Of a DNA stretch of 12,204 nucleotides, positions 1 through 8,515 are shown one piece after another. Where the stretch lies: assembly GCA_965644315.1 (NCBI GenBank), contig CBFFRQ010000181.1:1-12204 (forward strand), read 5' to 3'. The position numbers and the translations under genes are program-made. Positions within the stretch are counted from its first letter, which is position 1. The number at the start of each line of letters is the position of its first letter. Source of the stretch: Caecitellus pseudoparvulus (lineage: Eukaryota; Protista; Bigyra: Bicosoecida). The notes beneath the pieces are model-generated. The model did no database searches. It was not told the origin of the DNA and saw only the letters and a program-made list of their open reading frames with translations.

Positions 1-2
1 TG

Positions 3-29
3 GAGCACCAAACATGAGTTGATTTCACC
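3..29 (+). repeat. Left TIR of outer element (GAGCACCAAACATGAGTTGATTTCACC)
   Basis: Exact reverse complement of 9157-9183 (27/27). Confidence 0.95.
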
Positions 30-44
30 CTCCTCGCGAGGAGG
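29..44. other. Perfect 16-bp palindrome CCTCCTCGCGAGGAGG abutting the left TIR, flanked by direct repeats TTGATTTCAC (19-28, 46-55)
   Basis: Read directly from the sequence; function unknown. Confidence 0.7.
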
Positions 45-505
45 CTTGATTTCACGCTTGACGGCAGCTTTGAACGCGGCGCTTACAGAGGGACCCGAAG
101 GTTGCAATTTTGCAACCGAATGCTCTGCACGATAAAAAATGCATTTCGGATGATTTCACCACGTCTTGTACGGTTCTGACCGTTGTTGCTGACTGTTTGC
201 ATCCATTCATATTTCAACAGGCCTAAAGCCGCAGCCCATGTTTAAACCATGCTCAACATGTCATCTTGTTGTGGGTAAGGTAAAATGGACAAATCTAGCT
301 CAAGGAGTGGTTTGGTGGGTGATGGGGGGGGCAACGAAGGTGTGAGTGAAGGTGCAGGGCGATGCTTTAAATCGTCTGAATTTCGCTCTATTATGGGGCT
401 CAAGTCAGCACAGCTGTCAGGCAATACAATCAACATACAGTATATACACTGATTTGTCCGTCTTTGTGCTGATATTCGCAGGCTGTGACGCGAACAGGGG
501 CTCAA

Positions 506-2611
506 ATGGAGCAAGGTGAAACTCCGGCAAAACGCCGGGGGACAAAAAGAGGCCGAGTACTGCAGAAACAACGTATACCGCATGGGCCTTTCACGGAGAG
601 CTGGACGACACTCTGCTCAATCGCCGAGCTTGTCCACGAGATGAGCACGGCGCTGCTAAAAGAGTGTGCGGATGAGATGCGAGACACAGGCCTTGCGAGG
701 CGCATCCGCGCACATGCCCGGAGTGGCGTACCGCTTGGACAGCGGGCTGCCAAACGGAAACCCAGTCCGAAGCTGGCATCGATAGGCTTAGGTCACCTTC
801 TTAACTCTGAGGCTGAATGCCGCACGTACTTGGGGATGGGGAGCAAGGCCGCGCGGCACCTCATCGACGGGGTCATCCACAGCATTCAAGCTGACAAACT
901 TGCAGACCCCAAGCTCCTTTCAGCAACTGTCGCATACTCTCCGGAAGTTCGGATCGCTGCTTCCGTGATGCGGGTACGGGGGGTGCGTTCACGTGAGATA
1001 AGCTTGCTATTTCGATGCTCCTCCCAATCCGTTCAGCGCTGGACTGCCGACCTGTTACCATATCTGGGGGGGTTTGTGGGTCGCTACCTTCGTGTCCCCG
1101 TGTCGGAGTCACTTCGATTGGCCGGGAAGATGATGTATGGTGGTACCGTAGGGACTGTGGTTGGGGCAGTTGATGGGATGACTGTACAGATCCACGGTGA
1201 CAGCATACAGTTCTATGAAGGGCACCACAAACACAATGGTCTGGAGTACGTGGTCGTGGTTGACTTGCAAGGATACCCGCTGGGAATGCGCCTTTGTGGG
1301 CGCGGTACACAGTACGAGCCCACTCATGCGGCAATCCTCCTCGCTGAGCTCGTAGAGTGTGGGGTGTTGAAGGAAGGCGATCTCATATTCGGAGATTCAT
1401 TGTACACGGGTGACAACGGGCTGATTCGGGCAACCGCGAGGCCCACACACCAGCTCAAACTCGCAAGAGCAGCTGAAGAGCTACTGCAGAGTGCCATCTC
1501 TGCTGGTAAGGAGCCCCCACCGTCCGTCCGAGCCACAGTAGCTCTGGTGTTGGTGCACCAGCTGTCTGACTCATGGATGTCAGGTTTGCGACTTGTGGTG
1601 GAACACTTCATCAACTGTGTCAAGTCTTTCAACCTTTCGTTCAGCAACCAAAGACCTTGCCTTCCGTTCAACATAAAAGACGACCGCTCCCTTGACTCAT
1701 TCATGAGGTGTGCCATTGGATGCGTCGCCTTTCGGATGGCAGTGGAAGGAACACGTCTCCGCTCCCAAACCTTCCTGACACTCAAAGAACACTGTAAAGG
1801 GCCATCAGAGCTAGCTGAGAACGTGAGGCGATGCTTGGTTGACCGGCAAACAGGGTATATCCAGCGACCAGACAAGTTCGAGAGTGATCCTCGCCGTCGA
1901 AGTGTTCGTCGAGACTTTTCAACACACCAGCGTCTGTACAAGGCAATAGTCGAACGCGAACTCGGCCCGTACCCCACACCACAAACTCCCCGCGAGGACG
2001 CGTGTGTATACTGGATCAAAGCGCTTAGAACATTGCTGGGAGTTCCCCCATCAGCCATTGACGCCATTGTACAAGGGGGTGTCCGTGCGGTCCGCAGAAG
2101 CACACCTGATGGGCATCCACGCCCTGATCCAGAGATGGTAGAGGCGAGTGGTGTAGCCCCGAAAGCAGCCCGCCTTCGTTCAGCAAAGCCTGCATCCTCC
2201 GGCTCGTCGGCGGTGGCCCTGCCTGACCTCCAGCCCCTTGACGCAGTGCAGCCACCCAAACGAGCTCGACGAAAGCGAGAGCCCTCGCGCAAGTGGCCGT
2301 TGATGCATGGGGACATCAGAGAGACAGGTGAACTGTTGTGGGGTGTAAATCAGGTGCGTGGGGTTGGGTACTGTCTTCTACAGGAGGCGCCAGACGAGAT
2401 GTGGATTGCGCATTGGTTCATGCCAAATGGTGAGCCTGAGTGCAACGCCAGTGGGGCAGCCCTTGACACACCATACCAAGGAAAAGCACACATTGCTGCG
2501 CTGAAAAGCAGCACGGCACCCATAAGGCTTCAAGAAGTCATTGGAGTCCTTGGCGATGAGTGTACCCTCGTGCAACTGGCATCGGACTGGAGAGCTGGCC
2601 GGGTGGCATGA
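506..2611 (+). CDS. Harbinger/ISL2EU-like DDE transposase (HTH_Tnp_4-like + DDE_Tnp_4-like + extra C-terminal domain), 701 aa from first ATG
   Basis: Motifs: ECRTYLGM; HTH-like SPEVRIAASVMRVRGVRSREISLLFRCSSQSVQRW; GAVDG (D at 1172-1174); FYEGHHKHNG; VVVDLQG; IFGDSLY (D at 1394-1396); RLVVEHFINCVK (E at 1601-1603). The ORF track opens at GTG 485; the first ATG is at 506. Confidence 0.9.
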   Translation: MEQGETPAKRRGTKRGRVLQKQRIPHGPFTESWTTLCSIAELVHEMSTALLKECADEMRDTGLARRIRAHARSGVPLGQRAAKRKPSPKLASIGLGHLLNSEAECRTYLGMGSKAARHLIDGVIHSIQADKLADPKLLSATVAYSPEVRIAASVMRVRGVRSREISLLFRCSSQSVQRWTADLLPYLGGFVGRYLRVPVSESLRLAGKMMYGGTVGTVVGAVDGMTVQIHGDSIQFYEGHHKHNGLEYVVVVDLQGYPLGMRLCGRGTQYEPTHAAILLAELVECGVLKEGDLIFGDSLYTGDNGLIRATARPTHQLKLARAAEELLQSAISAGKEPPPSVRATVALVLVHQLSDSWMSGLRLVVEHFINCVKSFNLSFSNQRPCLPFNIKDDRSLDSFMRCAIGCVAFRMAVEGTRLRSQTFLTLKEHCKGPSELAENVRRCLVDRQTGYIQRPDKFESDPRRRSVRRDFSTHQRLYKAIVERELGPYPTPQTPREDACVYWIKALRTLLGVPPSAIDAIVQGGVRAVRRSTPDGHPRPDPEMVEASGVAPKAARLRSAKPASSGSSAVALPDLQPLDAVQPPKRARRKREPSRKWPLMHGDIRETGELLWGVNQVRGVGYCLLQEAPDEMWIAHWFMPNGEPECNASGAALDTPYQGKAHIAALKSSTAPIRLQEVIGVLGDECTLVQLASDWRAGRVA

Positions 2612-2659
2612 TGTGCCATAGGCGGAGAGCAGACAGCAGGTTTTGGTGGGCTGGATCAG

Positions 2660-4307
2660 TTACTGTCCACTGCTCGTGACATTCATGCTGGCTGCAATAT
2701 TCTCCAACATGTGTTCAATGCGCTTCAGGCGTTCCTCCGCTGCCGCAGCTCGCTCCTCCGCTGCTGCAGCTTGCTTCTCCAGCTTGACCATTGTTGCATC
2801 AGCCCTTACAAAGTGTGCCAGGGCCCCGCTCACCGCATCAAGCGTGACCAGACTTCGCTCCGATAATTCATGAATCCTTTGCGCCCTTTGCGCTGCGTGC
2901 ATGGTGGCTTGCACGTCGGATGCGAAGAGGTCCACCTCCTCTCCTGATGAGCTTGCGGAATCAGCACCTGCATCAGCCCTCCTGCGTCGCTTGGCACGCT
3001 TGGAGCGCTGGAAAGAACGCATCTCACGAGCCCCTGCAATCCCTTGAGCGATGGACTGCAGCGCCTCCTCTGAGGTACGAGTGGGGCCCGGCCACCAGCT
3101 TGTCGCTGCGGGCCCGCCACTGCCTGCCCCGCTCTGGACAACTTGCGATGAAACATGTGCAGCTGGTGTGGGGAGCAAGGCGCTGGCGATGTCGGGAACC
3201 GTTCCGTTGAGTACCTGGTCAACGGGGTCAGCGCTTTGGGTGTGGGCGGAGGGCAAGGTTGAAGCGGCGGGGAGGTTGGGGACGGCACCGTGCTCCGGAC
3301 TGGCTCCGGTTGGCTCCCTGGCACGCTTTCGGTACGACCCTCTTTTTTGCCCCATGCCTTTCACTTTCGTGAACAGCTTTGTGTACAGCTGTACCGCCCA
3401 TGCATAAAGGACAAGGTGAAGATTTGAAGTGTTTATGTTTTGTGCCTCACGAGTTGGGCAGTACTCGTGCTTGCCGTGGCTGCCTGGCACAGACACTTCT
3501 GTCATGTGCGGCGGGGGGCTTCCAACTTGCACTCGTGAGCACTCAGGCTCGAAACATGTGAGAGGCATGGCGACCCCGAGTGCGCCTGGAGGGGCATCCG
3601 GCGGTAAGGGTGGATACACGGCCCGCAACACCATGTCCACCGTCACAGCGTATGCAGCTGGATAAAGCAGGCCTGCGACTTCTTCTTCAGACAATGCAGG
3701 GAATAGACATCCTTGAACTCGCTCAATTGATTCTACAACACGTTGAAGCTTCATGGAGGGCCGCTTCCTGTTTCTCAGGAAGCTGCCAACGTTGCGTGGC
3801 AAGCCAACGAGAGCTCGGGCAACCTCCTGATCAAATGCAGGGCTGCCCAGCTCTGGGATGCTGCATGCAGGGATTCCAAGTGCCCCGATCTCGCCTAAAA
3901 CCCGTTTGGGGGGATAAAAACCGATGGATGTCGCTCGCGCATTCAACTGGAACCCTGGCTCGTCTTCGGACGAGCCAGGGACTGGCGAGAAAATGGATCG
4001 GAAGTATACAGTGAAGGGAGACGTCTTGTTACGAAGTTCGGAGCAAGGAGGGTGCGTGGTGTCTCCTCCTGGGCTTTCAATCTGCTTCTTGAGGAACTTG
4101 AAGGCCGACTGTGCGAAGGGTGAAACGCCAACGTGACATTTGAGGGGTCGCCACCACCAGAGAAGCTCCCAGCAACGCCAAACTCACGACGAACAGCATT
4201 GCAGCAGCAACATCACTGGCTTTAGCGCCCACATTTTTCCGATGGGGTCGCTTGCCTCTAGAAGTGCTTCCAATTGTCGGCGTCGATGAAACGCCAACCC
4301 CTTCCAT
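2660..4307 (-). CDS. Accessory (ORF2-type) protein of outer element, predicted 522 aa; exons 4307-4188 and 4108-2660
   Basis: The frame of the 428-aa ORF stays open upstream to 4183 but has no ATG there. A phase-0 GT-AG intron joins it to the ATG at 4307 (…AAAMLFV|SAFKFLKK…). It contains CFEPEC…HGKHEYC, a low-complexity linker, basic NLS-like patches and a C-terminal coiled-coil-like helix. It is similar to the inner element's accessory protein. Confidence 0.78.
2730..2771. repeat. 21-bp tandem duplication (2 copies, 19/21 identical) encoding AAAAEER x2 in the coiled-coil tail
   Basis: cgttcctccgctgccgcagct / cgctcctccgctgctgcagct. Confidence 0.8.
3953..3980. other. Perfect 12-bp stem hairpin with C(TTCG)G loop on + strand, inside exon 2 of the accessory gene
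   Basis: CCCTGGCTCGTC-TTCG-GACGAGCCAGGG. Confidence 0.75.
4109..4187 (-). other. Predicted 79-nt spliceosomal intron in outer accessory gene
   Basis: Donor GTGAGT (4187-4182) and pyrimidine-rich acceptor tttcacccttcgcaCAG (ends 4109). Both sites are phase 0 and join two open frames. Confidence 0.72.
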
Positions 4308-4332
4308 GGGTGCGTCACGGATTGGTGGATCA
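4304..4332 (+). repeat. Left inverted repeat of inner element including target duplication (CCATGGGTGCGTCACGGATTGGTGGATCA)
   Basis: Exact reverse complement of 8825-8853 (29/29; 31/32 if extended inward). Confidence 0.95.
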
Positions 4333-4830
4333 GGGTTGGTTTGAACTCCAGGGGCCCCTGTGATTTGTCACCAGCGGAGTCGATTTCCACAGTGAGGAGG
4401 TGTTGTGCAATATGAATTTACCAGCGCCTCCCATCCACTCATGTATGCCTTGTTGGGTGTTCTTTTTTTCGTGCAACTGAGGGTGCGGCAGTACGCGGGT
4501 GTTTGTAGCCGTTTGTGCTCGTGTCTCGATCGGCAGCCCTGCCCCAGCGCAACGTAGGCCCGCTCGTTCGCCTAAAACGGATACTCATCTGTTTCTCCGC
4601 TTTGCACTGAATTGCCACTCAGTGCCTTGGTCTTGGTACTTTCCTCAGCAAGTCTCGAGCACAGTTTGAATGGTGAGCATAACGGCAAGATTTTGAGCGT
4701 TGCTCACAGGTCAAGGTCTCCCCTACCGTGAAAGCAGGCGGGACTTCAAGCCCAAGGGAGGCTAGATCGGCGTGCGAAGTCACAAAGGGGGACTGCATTG
4801 AGTCCACCGGAGCACACCATTCTTGCAGCT

Positions 4831-4902
4831 GTGAGGGTTTGAAACGGTGTGCGGAAATCGCTACGCATACCGTCACACTTCCCCCCCTCCTTTGCCAAAT
4901 AG
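4831..4902 (+). other. Predicted 72-nt intron in inner accessory gene (a further 65-nt intron at 4673-4737 after ATG 4670 is possible)
   Basis: Donor GTGAGG and acceptor cttccccccctcctttgccaaaTAG, both phase 0. Splicing removes in-frame stops and gives …PPEHTILAA|AILYNTK…. With ATG|GTGAGC…aagCAG the protein would be 519 aa, close to the 522 aa of its homologue. Confidence 0.5.
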
Positions 4903-6366
4903 GCGATTCTCTACAACACAAAGGACGCCCCAGTGACGGGGGGCATGTTGGGCACAACTCCTGGGTCACTTTCCTTCTCTTGTCTGTCTCGGGAGCGCCC
5001 CTTTGACCCGAGTGGTGCAAACAACCTACAAAGTCCAGCTACCATGCTCTCTGAATTGGGCATCCCCGTGGATGGACACATCCTGGGCGACGCAATCCTG
5101 CGCCTTTCGAACAGAAATGCCCCCGTCTTTGTATTGGACCCCGCTCTCATCCCCGAATTCTCCTTCCAGAAGCTGGACAGTCATGGACTGTGCTCCCGGC
5201 CGAAGTGCAAGGCACATGCATCAGCCGTGTTTCATGCTACCCACTGCATGTTTTACCATGCAACAAGGAAGAACCTGAACAAGGCACACGCTGAGTTCCA
5301 AGACGTGTTCACTGAGCTGTGGGACAAGGCATGTGCCATGCGAGGCCTACCGAGCACCAGCCGGACTGTTTACCCAACCGTCGCGGACATGGTGCAGACC
5401 ATGTTCCGTGTTTACGAGGACATCGTACCTATTTCCTTTCATGCTCTCATTGACATGTGGTTGGTCCGCAGACTCTTGGACCTCCACAACGCCCCTCGTG
5501 CGAGCCTGGCAACCTTCACGCAGGTCCAGAGCCACGCTGTTGGCTTGCCGATGCAAACACTCCACACCCAGCAGGGTTCACTGGGGCCACCCGGAATCCA
5601 AGGGTCAGCTGTAAGTCAAGAATCGCAAGGAAGTGCCAGCAACGTTCCTACTGTCCCCTCCCTCGGGATATCTCTGGGGCAAGCACCCGCCCCCCAACCC
5701 ACGCCGCCCACCGGAGGGCTGGGTCCAGTTGAGGGCAGCGGAGAGAGCTCCTTGGATTCGTCTTTTGCGAGTAGCACCCAAAGCCACAGCGCGTTGCTCG
5801 AGAATCCTCATCTGCCTCATGACTCGCACGATCTGGCCGGACAGTCACAGCCTGGGGAAGAGCCCGTGGAGCCCGATGCGCAACGTGCTGCCCGAGCAGA
5901 AGCTGCGCGTCAATCGGCGCTGGTGGGGATGGGCATTTCTTCGGCAGTAAATGCTTTTGCTCGTGATGCGATTGCCCTTCTTGCACCATTCGAGAAAATG
6001 GCAGAGATGCTCGTGCTGCTCGTGGACAAAGTGGACCAGGGCCGGGCAGATCAGAGGAGAGCTGTGGAGCTCCTCAGTGTCATAGCTTCTTCACAAACTG
6101 GGCACATTCCCGCTGACACTGCAAGTGCTTCGAGGTCACCATCTTCTTCTCGTGCCCCACCGAGCTCTTCTGGTGCGATGCGGCAAGAAGGATTAGGTGG
6201 TCCCGCCCCAACTCCTTCACCCGAGGCTTCGGACCGCCCCACCATTGGCGGTCACAAGAGAACTCGCCCAAACTTCACTGACAACGTGCCAAGCACAGGA
6301 GATGCATTTCTCCAAGACGTAGCGAGATACAACAGACGCCGCCGAGGGCACTCTGACTCCCCGTGA
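4903..6366 (+). CDS. Accessory (ORF2-type) protein of inner element, main exon (ORF track 4933-6366; first in-frame ATG 4945; likely upstream exons 4670-4672 and 4738-4830)
   Basis: Long ORF convergent with the transposase. It shares blocks with the outer accessory protein: PATMLSELGIP vs PKRVLGEIGALGIP; CSRPKC…HATHC vs CFEPEC…HGKHEYC; GISSAVNAFAR vs AVSGALAHFVR; ELLSVIASS vs HMLENIAAS. Confidence 0.8.
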   Translation, partial: AILYNTKDAPVTGGMLGTTPGSLSFSCLSRERPFDPSGANNLQSPATMLSELGIPVDGHILGDAILRLSNRNAPVFVLDPALIPEFSFQKLDSHGLCSRPKCKAHASAVFHATHCMFYHATRKNLNKAHAEFQDVFTELWDKACAMRGLPSTSRTVYPTVADMVQTMFRVYEDIVPISFHALIDMWLVRRLLDLHNAPRASLATFTQVQSHAVGLPMQTLHTQQGSLGPPGIQGSAVSQESQGSASNVPTVPSLGISLGQAPAPQPTPPTGGLGPVEGSGESSLDSSFASSTQSHSALLENPHLPHDSHDLAGQSQPGEEPVEPDAQRAARAEAARQSALVGMGISSAVNAFARDAIALLAPFEKMAEMLVLLVDKVDQGRADQRRAVELLSVIASSQTGHIPADTASASRSPSSSRAPPSSSGAMRQEGLGGPAPTPSPEASDRPTIGGHKRTRPNFTDNVPSTGDAFLQDVARYNRRRRGHSDSP

Positions 6367-6371
6367 TTGTT

Positions 6372-8515
6372 TCACTCGTTCACGTAGCCGTAGTTGTAGG
6401 ACTGACAATCCATCATGTACGCGACAAGCTGACTCCCGTCAAAGTCCTCCTTGAAGTGCTCTGGTGGGAGCCACGTGTAGTCTTTCTTTGCCACGTCGCG
6501 GGTCTCTGCTTCAAGGAGGGATGTGAGCAAGTGCCCTCCGGTCTGCCCATCAGGGAGGGTCTCGAGGAGTTCATCTCCGTACTTGTCATAGTACCACACA
6601 TCATACGCCTCTTCTGACTCCTCAAAAGTGGCGGTGTCTCGAGTGGGTTCAATAAGAGCGTAGACGATCCCACGAGGGTAGGACAGCTCAGGATCATGAT
6701 TGTACTTGCCGACTACAACTGGCTTGCCGGCAAGAGCAGCCTTGTCTGCTGCAGCACCCCACAGCTTTTCAAGATCCATGACTTCCTGTGGGCGTACCTT
6801 GTCGTCGTCAGTCTTGGCGGGGCGGCAGTATCCAGGTGGAGAGTGTGGCGATGTCATGATGCCAGGAGAGGAGGCCCCCCAGGGGATGCGACACCAGAGC
6901 GTGGCGAGACAGCTACCTGCCTGCGCTGCTTTTTCAGCCTGCCAAGTTCTGTGAGACCACCGCACAAAATGCCACTTACAAGAGGAGACAAGTTCCCTTG
7001 TTCCGACCAGGCGAGCACTTGCTGCAGCTGAGTAGCAGCCTCAATATCGCTTCGTTCCAGTGAAGGCCTCCCGGCCGTACCCAACTCGGCCCCGCGAAGC
7101 AGCCGTAAGACGTCATGAAGAAAAGATACGCTCCTTCGTTTCGCGATGCCGCTCGGAAGGCTTGCGTCAAGTTCACTGTCACGGCGATTAGAAGCAGGAC
7201 AATCTCCAGCCAAGGATGCAAACAGCTCAAACAGGACGAGTGCTGGCTGACGCGAACCGCGGATGTGGAGCCACTGCTCTGACCGAGGAACCCGGTGCCC
7301 CTCTGCTTGTTGGAAAGCGAGCATCCCAGCAGTAATGTACCCCATGTCTCTGATCTCTTTTTCCTTGGTTTGCGCTTGCAATGGTCTGACACTGGACGAT
7401 CGGACGAGACCACACACCGTCTTGAACTCCTTCACACAGTTCTCGACAACCTGGCGACCTGACACGAAGATCTTACGCTGCACAGTTTTGTGTGCCAGGG
7501 CGGAAGCCGTTGCTCTTGCCAAGTCCCGTGGAGAATGCAGAGAGCCAGGGGCTGGCGAGGAGACCCACAGAGACTGAACTCGGGCCGCCATCTTCTCCAA
7601 CGCCTTGTTGCCCGGAAGGTGCCGCACAGCAGGCCTGACTCCCTGGAATACACCGTCACCGACAAAGTACTCGCCTTGCTTGATGGCGCCTGAGCGCAGC
7701 ATGCGCTCGGTTGCTCGTCGCGCGGCTGCAATCTCAGACACTGTGTTGCCCTTGCCCATGGGTTCGATCCATATAACCCTCCCCGAAACACTGCAGAACA
7801 ACAGAAAGTTGTACCCGTACATCGAGTGGTGGTTGCTGTACCAGATGCGGTTCTCTTTGTCTGAAGAAGTTGCTTTCGTCTCCCATGTCAGGCCGTCTAC
7901 GAACCCTACCAGCCCTGGAGCCAGTCCACCATGGAAGGAAAGCGCCTCTCTGCGGTGCTCTGGAAGCACTGCCCAGGGCAGCGCTTTGTAAAAGAAGGTC
8001 TTCAGCACTGGAATCAACCGAGGAATGCTGTCTTGGAGAGTAGTAGCGGCAATGCTCAGCCTAGACGTGATCTCTTGGCGGTTGCGCCCGGCACACACCA
8101 TCATCACCCCGAGCAAGAGGTCGGCTTCACGCCCATTCTGGATGTCCCTGAGGGCGTTCCACCTCAAGAAGCTGTCCGATATCAAGCCAGAGAGGGCTTT
8201 GGCTAAATTTCTTGCTCTCATGCGCATGAAGGTGAGGCACTCGCCCGATGTGAGGAATTCGTAGGTGGGTGTCCCCTTGCGGATTTTGGGGTGCAGCCTG
8301 GCCCCCTCCATCGAGTCGTTGCGGTCGATGTTGCGACGTTTCGTGCCCCGCAGCTTTTGTGTTTTATGGTATACCCTTTTGATCAACTTGTGACCGACAT
8401 GTTGAATCACGCAACATGCAGAATGTGGCGCAGAGGCCCGTCGCTCAACGGATGCTGCCGTTGTCGGGGTGACAGAAACGCTCGGCTGCACCAAGCGTGA
8501 TTGGGTGGACTCCAT
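6372..8515 (-). CDS. Harbinger/ISL2EU-like DDE transposase of inner element, split by one frameshift near 6875-6885 (ORFs 6854-8554 and 6372-6965); ~714 aa if rejoined
   Basis: Motifs: ECLTFMRM; HTH-like RQEITSRLSIAATTLQD; GFVDG (D at 7895-7897); WYSNHHSMYG; FVGDGVF (D at 7655-7657); RQVVENCVKEFK (E at 7442-7444). The downstream ORF carries RGIVYALIE, matching RGVGYCLLQ in the C-terminus of transposase 1. The first ATG is at 8515. Confidence 0.87.

Noticed and set aside
1324-2316. 330-aa minus-strand ORF and other antisense or overlapping ORFs (e.g. 873-1334, 2830-3324, 9144-9803, 9807-10673)
   Set aside because: These are shadow frames of GC-rich coding regions with no recognisable motifs.
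3953-3980. Rho-independent terminator
   Set aside because: No U-tract, eukaryotic context, and it lies within a coding exon.
4077-4187. Hydrophobic, signal-peptide-like stretch VVSLALLGASLVVA in the 76-aa ORF 4077-4307
   Set aside because: It falls within the predicted intron. Only the first 40 codons are taken as exon 1 of the accessory gene.
4728-5006. 92-aa Cys/His-containing ORF upstream of accessory 2
   Set aside because: It has a GTG start, overlaps the predicted exon and intron in another frame, and has no counterpart in the outer element.
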